Origin: Terriglobia bacterium
GTDB taxonomy: Bacteria > Acidobacteriota > Terriglobia > Terriglobales > Acidobacteriaceae
Assembly (NCBI GenBank): GCA_020073525.1
Contig: JAIQFA010000030.1
Coordinates: 4,496-68,495, forward strand
DNA: 64,000 bases
Direction of reading: 5' to 3'
This document shows, piece by piece, positions 37,128 to 45,128 of the stretch (position 1 is the first letter of the stretch; each line of letters begins with the position of its first letter). The position numbers were made by a program, and so were the translations under genes. The notes under the pieces are model-generated. The model saw only the letters and a program-made list of their open reading frames with translations, made no database searches and was not told the DNA's origin.

Positions 37128-37162
37128 CAGCTGTTAGCTATTAGCTCTTGGCTTCTAGCTCC
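37128..37162. repeat. Heptad-word element CAGCTGT-TAGCTAT-TAGCTCT-TGGCTTC-TAGCTCC
   Basis: 7-nt periodic. Encodes the last residues (EELEAKS-stop) of the NfeD-like gene. Confidence 0.8.
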
Positions 37163-37800
37163 TCGTTCATCTCTTCCCACAACCGCACGTACGCAATGCC
37201 CTTCTCGTAGCGTGTGACCACAATCTCGGCGCCCTTTTCGATTGCGCTGCCGTTCTCGCTGCGGGCGCCACAGGTGCGCCTGGTGCCCGCTTGCGAGTAG
37301 ATGATCTCGCCCGTTCCGTTCTCACGGATGGGCATCGAGATTCGTCCCAGCACCCCGACCATTTCATAGTCGGCCGCGTCCATGTTCTCCTCGTGCGAAA
37401 TCAGCACGCGCGTGAGAAACAAGAACACGAGTCCGGCGCCAAACAGTCCGGCTCCGAGGGAGATCATCAGGCCGAGCGCGAACCAGATGCTCGAGAAGCG
37501 CGTGATCAGAAATCCCGTCCCGCCGAACCAAGCCAGAAACGCTGTCAAGGTGACGAAGTTGAACGGCGACACCGACGCCTGATGACCAGTGTGGGGGCCT
37601 GCCCCCGCAGTGCTGTTGGCCGCGGCCGGAGCGTGCCCGACCGGAGCAGTTCCGCCCGGAACATGACCTCCCGCGTGCGGAAAATGCGGAAGATGCAAGT
37701 GCCAGCGCATTCCGCCCCCAATGAACGAGATTGCGCTCAACAGAAAACCGACGGCGAAACAAGTCAGATAGAAATCAGCCCAAGTCATATTGACGGTCAT
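37141..37800 (-). CDS. NfeD-family membrane protein
   Basis: 219 aa. TM helices, His/Gly/Ala-rich loop, C-terminal OB-fold segment GRISMPIRENGTGEIIY...GAEIVVTRYEKGIAYV typical of NfeD partners of SPFH proteins. Confidence 0.75.
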   Translation of the reverse strand: MTVNMTWADFYLTCFAVGFLLSAISFIGGGMRWHLHLPHFPHAGGHVPGGTAPVGHAPAAANSTAGAGPHTGHQASVSPFNFVTLTAFLAWFGGTGFLITRFSSIWFALGLMISLGAGLFGAGLVFLFLTRVLISHEENMDAADYEMVGVLGRISMPIRENGTGEIIYSQAGTRRTCGARSENGSAIEKGAEIVVTRYEKGIAYVRLWEEMNEELEAKS

Positions 37801-38306
37801 GGGTTTCGCCTCCTGGAGGCAGCGCTGGTGGCGCGTGCGAGTTCCGGCCGCAGAGCTTCAAACAGGCGGTCGGCGAGTCCGGGCGTGTTCAGGATTTCGC
37901 CGAGCAGCAACAGGCAGCGCCGAGTGTCCTTGTCGCGCGCCACCTTGATCAGGACTTCGCTCACCTCCGGGTCGCTGGCGAACCGTTCGGAACCTTGCAG
38001 CAGCCAGACATCAAGTTGCCCTTCCGTGGTCCGCAAGTCGGAGACAAGTTCCGTGTGATAGCCCTCGGGGTCGTCCACCAGAAAGCCCGGGTGCACCTTG
38101 AAAAAGCGCGCCAGCAAAGTGCGCGACGACTGGGTCATATGCGGACGCTTGCCGCGCTCGATCTGCGAGAGGTACGACTGGCTGATGGTCTTGCCCGTCT
38201 CGGCTTGAATGCCCTTCATTAACTCCTGTTGCGTGAGGGGCCGGTTCAGGCCGCGGAGAGAGCCTTCCACTTCGCGGAGATAGCGAATTTTTTCTCCCAG
38301 TGTCAT
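37797..38306 (-). CDS. XRE-family HTH transcriptional regulator with C-terminal unknown domain
   Basis: Start at MTLGEKIRYLR (ATG 38306; the track TTG at 38336 lies inside the promoter). HTH_3-like QQELMKGIQAETGKTISQSYLSQIERGKR. 4-nt overlap with the NfeD gene. Confidence 0.75.
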   Translation of the reverse strand: MTLGEKIRYLREVEGSLRGLNRPLTQQELMKGIQAETGKTISQSYLSQIERGKRPHMTQSSRTLLARFFKVHPGFLVDDPEGYHTELVSDLRTTEGQLDVWLLQGSERFASDPEVSEVLIKVARDKDTRRCLLLLGEILNTPGLADRLFEALRPELARATSAASRRRNP

Positions 38307-38318
38307 ATATTCCAAATC

Positions 38319-38352
38319 GCGATAAGTATATCGCAATATGAAATATTGTCAA
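38319..38352 (-). promoter_or_regulatory. Sigma70-type promoter with overlapping palindromic operator
   Basis: The minus strand reads TTGACA (38352-38347), 16 nt, TATACT (38330-38325). The palindrome GCGATA-N4-TATCGC (38319-38334) overlaps the -10. About 12 nt upstream of the XRE ATG. Confidence 0.5.
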
Positions 38353-38465
38353 GAATTCAATCCGCCGTGTTTGTAAGGGCTTACGGGGTTTTCCAAGAAA
38401 AAAGCCCCCGCGGGAGCGGAGGCTTGATGGCGCAGTTTTGTGCTTTTGCCGAAAAGCGCGCTGAC

Positions 38466-41400
38466 TTAATTCACATGGAGGGTCACTTGGGTGCTGTGCG
38501 ATGCCCCTGTCCCAGCAGATCCGTTGATCGTGATGGTATAAGTTCCAGCCGCCGTGCCCCCGGTGGGGGAAACGCTGCTGCTGGAGCTTCCGCAGCCTGC
38601 CTGTAACAGGACCGCGCCCGCAATCGCGGAAAGAACGGCTCCGACCAACCAGCGGCGACGCCTCCGGCTGGCCCCGAGCCCCAGTCCGACCAGGCTTAGC
38701 CCTCCAATGGGAAGCCATGTGGCGTAGAACGAATTGCGGCGAAGCAGGCTTCCGGTGGTGACGGGACGGGCCACGGTCGCGATGCTCAGCGTCGTGCTTG
38801 CGCAAGCGCTTCCTGAAAGCGTGACCGGGGTTGGGCTGAAGACGGGAGTGGTTTGGGTCGCCATCGAGGGTGACGTGGTTTGGCTTGGGGTAATCGTGGC
38901 GCTATAACCAAGCGTCGGATTCGTGGGGCAAAAGTTGGCTTGGATCGTCGCCGTATCGCCGGCATTAATGGTTGGTGTCGAGGTCGAGGAACTCATCTTG
39001 AAATCGACGACATTGTCAATCTGCGAGAGGGATACTTGCGATGCGCCGCCATTCGCGCCGACGCTGCCCGAGACCGAGATGGTCTGGTTGGTGGCCGTAA
39101 TGGCGGGAGTCACGTCGACTTCCACGGCCGCTCCGATGATGCAACTGCCGGTGCATGCGGCCAGCGTTGGAATATTGCAAACAATCGTCGTTCCTTGCAC
39201 GGCGGTGCAGGTTCCCGTGCCGGAGGTGACTTTCGCCTGGGCGGGCGATGCCAGCCCGGTGGTGGGCACGGTGGCAAGGAAGATCACGTTAGACGCGTTG
39301 TCGGGTCCCACGTTGATGATGTCAAAGGTAAACGCGGCTTGAGTTCCAGCCGCGACCGGGGAGGGCGATGGACTGGTGGTCGGTTGCGTCAGTTGGAGTT
39401 GGCTAACCGCGCCAATCTTGCTCACGAAGGCATCCTGCGACCCCCCGTTCAATTGCGGCTGGTACGGATTGACGGTTGGGAAATTCGGCGACAGGGTGTT
39501 GCCCGCCACGTAAGTAGCGTTAAAGGTGTCGAGCGCGATCCCAGTGCCTTGATCCAACTGGTTGCCCCCGAGATAGGTCACGTAATTGCCAACGGTAAGG
39601 CTTTGTAACACGTTCGTTTCAATCAGTGCGACGAAGGCGTCTCCCTGACCTTGATAGGTCTGGATGGCGTCGGTGGTCAATGGAAGATTTGGGGAGGCCG
39701 TCGAGCCCACCATGTGGGCAGCCTGAAGGGCATCGACCTTGATGTCCTGCCCGCTATCCGGACCCGAGCCCCCCAAATAAGTGAAGTAGTTCAACGGGTA
39801 CACCGACCCGACCAGGTTCCCGATTTTCGCGATGAACGCGTTGCTTGCGCCGCCCGCACCGCTATAAACGCACTGATAGCCATTGCAGTGGGCCCAATCG
39901 CCGGAGTTGGTTGAACCGGTGACATAGACATTGCTGGAGGTGTCCACGGCGACGGCGAGGCTGGCATCAGTACCACCGCCGCCCAGGTACGTGGAGTAGA
40001 CCGGATTCGAGGCTGGCTGGTTCGGGTTGATCTTGGCTACGAAAGCGTCGGTATTGGTTATCCCGTTTACCCCGGTACAAGCCGTTTGGCTCGCCTCGTT
40101 CAGGCAGGACTGTTGCGCACTGAAGAGGGGAAATCTTGCCTCGCCATTCGGTCCGAGTGTAGGCAGCATGTTCGTGGTGCCGGTGATGTACATGTTGACG
40201 TTGGATCCGCTCGGATCCACGGCAATGCCGCCACCAACCGCAGTTGCGCCCACCGGGTTTCCACCACCGAAGTAGGTGGAGTAGAGCATGCTCAAAGGGC
40301 CGCTGCCGGTTGTGTTGATCTTGCTGGCGAAGAACTGCGGGAATCCGGGAGAATTCGACGCGATCTGATAGCCGTTCGGGTTTGCAGGGAAGCCGGCGCT
40401 GGCCGGGTTGCTGGAGGTCGTGTCGCCGGTGACATAGGCGTTCTGATTGCTGCTGTCGATCGCCAGTCCGGTGACATGATCCGTTCCATCGCCGGCGAGA
40501 TAAGTGGAATAGCTGAGAGCGTAGCCGAGGGTCTGACTATTGAAGCTGATCCGACTCAGGAATCCATGCGTGCCAGCGACTGCGGCTGCAGTCTGGAACG
40601 CGTTGCTGGTGGTGGGAAATAGTGTCGAATTGGTGAAACCGGCAACGTAGATATTGAAGTGCGCATCGACCGCGATTCCTGACAGGCTGTCAGTCTGCTC
40701 TCCACCCAAGTAAATGGAATACACCAACTGGGACGCGCCCGACTGGGGCGACGGATTGATCTTTGAAATGAAGATGCTCTGACTACCGTTCAAGGTCGAA
40801 CCATCCGTAACCGGGAAGTCGGCCGAATTGGTTGAGCCTGCCAGATAAATCAAACCGCCGGAATCGACCGCCACTTTCACCCGACCTTCGGTGCCGCCTC
40901 CGCCGAGGAAAGTCGAATAGGTCAGGATCGGGTCGATGACCAGTTCGTGGCTGTGGTCGTAGTCTCCGACAGTGAAGCCGATCTTGTTGTCTGCGAGCTG
41001 ACGGAAACTTCCGGCAACCGCCCTCTGCCTCTCACCGTCCTGCTGATAGATGTGCGGCGCGCGGAACCGAACGTCCCCGTTGGAGGTGGAGAGAACAAGA
41101 TCTCCGGAATCAATGTGGGTGGCAGCGCCTTGGAATCTCAGCGCGATCTGGTTCGGGTCGGCGGCGGGAGCGACGCGGAAGTCGTATTCGAGCTGTCCCT
41201 GGTCGCCATAGTAGACGAGGTCGACGCCGGGATAAACCGCCTGATACTGCACCCGGCCAAACTGCGGAATGTCACGATGCCACTTGGCAGGATCATTTCC
41301 GATAAAGTAGCTGCTTTTCCCCGGCAGAGGCGAAGCGCCAGAAACGCGAGCGGCAGAGTTCGCCCCTTCAAGCCGCATGCGAATCACGGAACTGGCCTTA

Positions 41401-41699
41401 GACTTCAGGTTGGAAGCTGACGGCTGATGGCTGACGGCCGAAGGCTGGAGTTCCAGCACTGCTTCGTCGGCCGTCAGAAACAATCCGTAGCCGGCGCCGC
41501 GGGAGAGAAACCTGACCTGAGGAGCAGTCTGGCCCTGATTCGGCTCGAAGAAGAGCGGCAACGACAGCGTCTTGGAAGCCAGAGTCCGGTGGGCGGCAGG
41601 GCTAGGTGCGCCTGCTTTGGCGGCATGAACTCCGCCGGCAAAATAAGACGCAACGCCCGCAGTGGCCAATACGGCTCCGGCCAGAAACGCGGCCTTCAT
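38466..41699 (-). CDS. Large secreted SBBP beta-propeller-repeat protein with Ig-like C-terminal region and membrane hairpin
   Basis: Start at MKAAFLAGAVLATAGVASYFA (ATG 41699). N-terminal LFFEPNQGQ...FLSRGAGYGLFL module. At least 8 repeats of YSTYLGG.G.D...A(V/I)D...YV(T/A)G.T.S.(D/N)FP. Ig-like Ser/Thr-rich domains at the C-terminus. Confidence 0.8.
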   Translation of the reverse strand: MKAAFLAGAVLATAGVASYFAGGVHAAKAGAPSPAAHRTLASKTLSLPLFFEPNQGQTAPQVRFLSRGAGYGLFLTADEAVLELQPSAVSHQPSASNLKSKASSVIRMRLEGANSAARVSGASPLPGKSSYFIGNDPAKWHRDIPQFGRVQYQAVYPGVDLVYYGDQGQLEYDFRVAPAADPNQIALRFQGAATHIDSGDLVLSTSNGDVRFRAPHIYQQDGERQRAVAGSFRQLADNKIGFTVGDYDHSHELVIDPILTYSTFLGGGGTEGRVKVAVDSGGLIYLAGSTNSADFPVTDGSTLNGSQSIFISKINPSPQSGASQLVYSIYLGGEQTDSLSGIAVDAHFNIYVAGFTNSTLFPTTSNAFQTAAAVAGTHGFLSRISFNSQTLGYALSYSTYLAGDGTDHVTGLAIDSSNQNAYVTGDTTSSNPASAGFPANPNGYQIASNSPGFPQFFASKINTTGSGPLSMLYSTYFGGGNPVGATAVGGGIAVDPSGSNVNMYITGTTNMLPTLGPNGEARFPLFSAQQSCLNEASQTACTGVNGITNTDAFVAKINPNQPASNPVYSTYLGGGGTDASLAVAVDTSSNVYVTGSTNSGDWAHCNGYQCVYSGAGGASNAFIAKIGNLVGSVYPLNYFTYLGGSGPDSGQDIKVDALQAAHMVGSTASPNLPLTTDAIQTYQGQGDAFVALIETNVLQSLTVGNYVTYLGGNQLDQGTGIALDTFNATYVAGNTLSPNFPTVNPYQPQLNGGSQDAFVSKIGAVSQLQLTQPTTSPSPSPVAAGTQAAFTFDIINVGPDNASNVIFLATVPTTGLASPAQAKVTSGTGTCTAVQGTTIVCNIPTLAACTGSCIIGAAVEVDVTPAITATNQTISVSGSVGANGGASQVSLSQIDNVVDFKMSSSTSTPTINAGDTATIQANFCPTNPTLGYSATITPSQTTSPSMATQTTPVFSPTPVTLSGSACASTTLSIATVARPVTTGSLLRRNSFYATWLPIGGLSLVGLGLGASRRRRRWLVGAVLSAIAGAVLLQAGCGSSSSSVSPTGGTAAGTYTITINGSAGTGASHSTQVTLHVN
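41415..41447. repeat. Heptad-word element CTGACGG-CTGATGG-CTGACGG-CCGAAGG inside the SBBP CDS
   Basis: Same word family as 17225-17255. Translated in frame as QPSAVSHQPSAS. Confidence 0.7.
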
Positions 41700-41984
41700 C
41701 CCATTACCTGTCTTCTTTCTTGTCACCGAACCTCCTACCGACACAGGGCAATTCCAATTCACGAAGCTCCTCCAATTTCCCAATTTCGTGGGGTGAGAAC
41801 AAGAAAGGCACACAAACACCGCTGCGGCTCGACGCCCTTAAGATAGCGGATGCGTACCTGTCACCAGAATACTGGGATTAAACCAAACAAATACTTTTAC
41901 ATTCAACAGATACGCTGTCAAGCCGGGCAGACAGTGTGGGCCGCATAGTGAGAAGCCGAAACAGGGAGAAATGGTTGTAAGGAA

Positions 41985-42080
41985 TCAGGTCCTAGGTCTC
42001 AGGTCTCAGGAAAATCCTACGAGGATGAATTGTGCCTGTGCGCTTCGGCCTGAGACCTGACACCTAAGACCCGGGACCTG
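41985..42080. repeat. AGGTCTC-word hairpin element, paralogue of 6405-6480
   Basis: aggtctcagg (42001-42010) pairs with cctgagacct (42049-42058). 42049-42070 is identical to 6459-6480. The right arm supplies the last codons and stop of ccmD. Confidence 0.85.
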
Positions 42081-42201
42081 CCTTTTTCAATTCCTCAATC
42101 TCCCGCTTGAGCCCGGCATAGCGCGAAACAATTGTGGAGAGGTAGGCGATGTGGATGATCCAGGTGACGGCGTAGGCGGCAAATAGGTATCCGTTTCTCA
42201 T
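42064..42201 (-). CDS. ccmD: Heme exporter protein D-like small membrane protein
   Basis: 45 aa, MRNGYLFAAYAVTWIIHIAYLSTIVSRY... (single TM). ATGA overlap with the ccmC stop. Confidence 0.6.
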   Translation of the reverse strand: MRNGYLFAAYAVTWIIHIAYLSTIVSRYAGLKREIEELKKAGPGS

Positions 42202-42890
42202 CGCGCACTCCCGCGGGGGGCTAACAGCGACTCCAGGGCATGGGCTTCGTCGACGTCGCGCTCCAGTTTCTCCAGGCGATAGCGCGACCAGCAAACCAGA
42301 AGAGCAAAGCAAGAAAAGGCCAGCCAGTTGATGAGCAGCACGTGCAGCATGCGCGGATCGATCGACCCGCCTCCGCCCATGACCGGCTGCGGGTGCTGAG
42401 TGCGGAAGAACCAGATCGAGAAGTAAACGAACGGCACGCACAGAGCGCCCAGGACAGCAAGAGCGGCTGCCAACACGGGCGTCTGTCCGCCCGAGGAAAA
42501 GCGGCGCAGAAAAAGATAGCTCACGTAAATGAGCCACAGGACGAGCGTCGAGGTCAGGCGCATGTCCCATGTCCACCAGATGCCCCAGACCGGACGCGCC
42601 CAGATCGGGCCCGTGATCAGCACGACGGTACAGAAAACGACGCCGACTTCCGCGCTCACGAGCGCCACGATGTCGGCGGCAGGCTTGCGTTTGGCCAGAT
42701 AGAAGAGCGAAGCTCCGAAATTGACGAAGAAGAGAATGAACGCCGTCCACGCCGAAGGTACGTGGTAGTAGAAGATCCGCTGTACGTCGCCCATGGTCTG
42801 CTCGGTAGGAGCAGCCACCAGAGCCTCGTAGAGCGCGTAGCTCAAGAGGATCGCGGTCAGGAGTCCGAGGATGGGAAAGGCGCGTTTCAT
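42198..42890 (-). CDS. ccmC: Heme exporter protein C
   Basis: WGIWWTWDMRLT (WGxxWxWD tryptophan-rich motif) and conserved His residues. Start taken at MKRAFPILG (42890). An alternative GTG at 42989 overlaps the ccmB stop. Confidence 0.85.
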   Translation of the reverse strand: MKRAFPILGLLTAILLSYALYEALVAAPTEQTMGDVQRIFYYHVPSAWTAFILFFVNFGASLFYLAKRKPAADIVALVSAEVGVVFCTVVLITGPIWARPVWGIWWTWDMRLTSTLVLWLIYVSYLFLRRFSSGGQTPVLAAALAVLGALCVPFVYFSIWFFRTQHPQPVMGGGGSIDPRMLHVLLINWLAFSCFALLVCWSRYRLEKLERDVDEAHALESLLAPRGSAR

Positions 42891-42985
42891 TCTGAATTCA
42901 GCCCTCTCCTTCGCATGTTGGTTTCCCCCGTGTTCCTCTGTGTACCCTGTGGTTCGAGCGTTTCGCTCGTACCGGAACGAAGTCG

Positions 42986-43660
42986 TCACTCCGCATTCAA
43001 TACCGTTTCAAACAAAAGCAAGCACACCGTAGTAAACACCAGATCGTAGGTCACAAGCAACACGATCCAGAAGCGCGCGCCTTCGCCGTTCAAGATGGCC
43101 GTGGTCGATTGCACCATGGCGAGGATGGCCGGAATCGAGATCGGGAACAGCAGGAGCGGCAGCATGATCTCACGGCTGCGCGTCCGCAGCGACATGGCGG
43201 CGAAGAAAGTTCCGTTCACGACCAGGGCCCATGTTCCCAACACTGCAACTAAGAGCAATTGCCATACCGGACCCAGCGCTCGCAGCCGGTAAAACGCAAT
43301 GAACAGCGGAGTCATGAGTGCTTCCAGCGCGCTCACGAAAATAAAGTTGCCCAGCACCTTGGCAGCGAAGAGGGAATTGGCCGGCGCGGGCGACACGCGA
43401 TAGGCATCGAGCACTTGGTTGCGAATTTCGCGCGCCCAGGTCTGGTTGAGCGCCACCACCGCTGCAAACAGAAACGCGACCCAGATCAGGCCGCCGGCGA
43501 TCTGACGCGATTCTTCCGCGCTCGGATCGAATGAAAAGCTGAACACCACCACCACCAGCAGCGAAAAAAACAGCATGGAGTTGATGGCGTCTTTCGACCT
43601 CCACTCGAGACGCAAGTCCTTGAGCAATGTGACGCGAGTGATGCCGCGAGGCGAGCTCAT
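42986..43660 (-). CDS. ccmB: Heme exporter protein B
   Basis: Six-TM protein starting MSSPRGITRVTLLKDLRLEWRSKD. ATGA overlap with the ccmA stop. Confidence 0.85.
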   Translation of the reverse strand: MSSPRGITRVTLLKDLRLEWRSKDAINSMLFFSLLVVVVFSFSFDPSAEESRQIAGGLIWVAFLFAAVVALNQTWAREIRNQVLDAYRVSPAPANSLFAAKVLGNFIFVSALEALMTPLFIAFYRLRALGPVWQLLLVAVLGTWALVVNGTFFAAMSLRTRSREIMLPLLLFPISIPAILAMVQSTTAILNGEGARFWIVLLVTYDLVFTTVCLLLFETVLNAE

Positions 43661-44331
43661 CGTGCCCCCCCCGGCCGCTTCAGTTCCTTTGTGCGCCCGA
43701 TAATCTTGCCGGACTCCATCCACACGAACTCGTCGGCCGCGCCCTCGAGCAGGGAAGCCTGGTGCGTGACGATGAAGACCGTCGTGCCCCGATCGCGGAT
43801 ACCGGCCAGCAAGTGAACCATCTCCGTGGCGGAATGAAGGTCCACATTCGAGAAGGGCTCATCGAGCAGAAGGATTCGAGGGTCATTCAAAAGCGCGCGC
43901 GCCAAAGACATCCGCTGCCGCATGCCTTGCGAATATTGCCCGACGGGGCGCACCAGATCAGGATCAAGACCGACCGCGCGGATAACCTCCGCGCAGCGCG
44001 TGCTGCTGGTGATTCCATAGAGTCGAGCAAAATACCTCAGGTTTTCCATCCCGCTCATCTCGTCATAGAGAAGAGAAGGATGCGCCATGTAGCCCACCTG
44101 CTGGCAGATGTCGTGAAACTTGCTGGCGCCCAGGATCGTGACCTGCCCGCTTGAGGGCTGGTTGAGCCCGGCAAGAGTACGCAGCAGGGTAGTTTTACCC
44201 GCGCCGTTGTCGCCGAGAATGGCGTAAAGTCTGCCGCCGGAAAATTCCGCAGAAACGCCGCGCAGCGCCGCAAACCGGCCAAACTGCTTGATCAGGTTCG
44301 AGACAGTAATGACGGGCGCGGTTTCAGTCAA
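43657..44331 (-). CDS. ccmA: Heme exporter ATP-binding protein
   Basis: 224 aa. Walker A GDNGAGKTT, signature YSQGMRQR, Walker B LLLDEP. Confidence 0.9.
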   Translation of the reverse strand: MTETAPVITVSNLIKQFGRFAALRGVSAEFSGGRLYAILGDNGAGKTTLLRTLAGLNQPSSGQVTILGASKFHDICQQVGYMAHPSLLYDEMSGMENLRYFARLYGITSSTRCAEVIRAVGLDPDLVRPVGQYSQGMRQRMSLARALLNDPRILLLDEPFSNVDLHSATEMVHLLAGIRDRGTTVFIVTHQASLLEGAADEFVWMESGKIIGRTKELKRPGGAR

Positions 44332-44356
44332 AGGTTAGCAGCCTGTGATGGAAGTG

Positions 44357-44423
44357 AGATTCGTATCAGGGCACGCCTTCAGGCGTGCCGAAACGCTTTG
44401 GAAAGAATGCGCCTTCAGGCGCT
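44357..44423 (-). repeat. Dual-hairpin ~70-nt element between ccmE and ccmA
   Basis: ggcacgcc-ttca-ggcgtgcc (44369-44388) and gcgcc-ttca-ggcgc (44408-44421). The reverse complement ends CTGATACGAATC, like the copies at 13744 and 31767. Confidence 0.8.
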
Positions 44424-44461
44424 GTTTCTTGCCACTCAAGTTCTACCACAGACTGCTCAGG

Positions 44462-44938
44462 TTAATTCGACATCGCGCTAGATCCGGAATTCTGGTTCTG
44501 CGACATGCTCTTCGCGGGCTCGGCGCCGGGAGTGGCTCCGGGTTTCGGGGCGTATTTGGACGCGCACTTGGCCTGCAATTGCTTGGCATGGAAAACGCCG
44601 TCGCGTCCGAAGCTGCCATCGGCCAAAGCTTGCGAGTCGTCCTTAAAAGTGTCGGGAGGAGCTTCGGTCCCGGTATAGGAAACGGGCAGGGTCAGGTCAT
44701 TCTCCTTCAACATGAAGTCCACGCGAGTCCCGGAGCGCTTGATCGAGCCCGGCACCACGTTTCCCGCCACCCGCAGACGCTTCGAATAAGCGTCGTTCCC
44801 CATGCCATTCAATTCCTTGATGGTGACGTAGTAGCTCTTGCTATCCTGCACGCCCGTGTAGGCCAGATAGCCGAGGGACAGCACTATCAACACGGTCACC
44901 GACCCAAATTTCAGATATTTACTGGTTTCGCTCGCCAT
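44462..44938 (-). CDS. ccmE: Cytochrome c maturation heme chaperone CcmE, CXXXY variant
   Basis: TM anchor and OB-fold (RLRVAGNVVPGSI...). The heme-binding motif reads AKCASKY (Cys codon at 44564-44566) where E. coli has HDENY. Confidence 0.85.
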   Translation of the reverse strand: MASETSKYLKFGSVTVLIVLSLGYLAYTGVQDSKSYYVTIKELNGMGNDAYSKRLRVAGNVVPGSIKRSGTRVDFMLKENDLTLPVSYTGTEAPPDTFKDDSQALADGSFGRDGVFHAKQLQAKCASKYAPKPGATPGAEPAKSMSQNQNSGSSAMSN

Positions 44939-45128
44939 GGAACCCCTCACACTTAGTTAACAAAACTGTACGCGCTGCTTATGGGCGGGTCAAGATGTGG
45001 GACAGGTGGGTCCATAGGGTTACACTTTCGTGCCGGCGCCATCTGTTCGTCTTGACCCGCGCTGATCCTGCTGCATTTACAATGCCTTCCAGCGGAACCA
45101 TCGAACTCACAAAGGCAGGCCTGATTCC

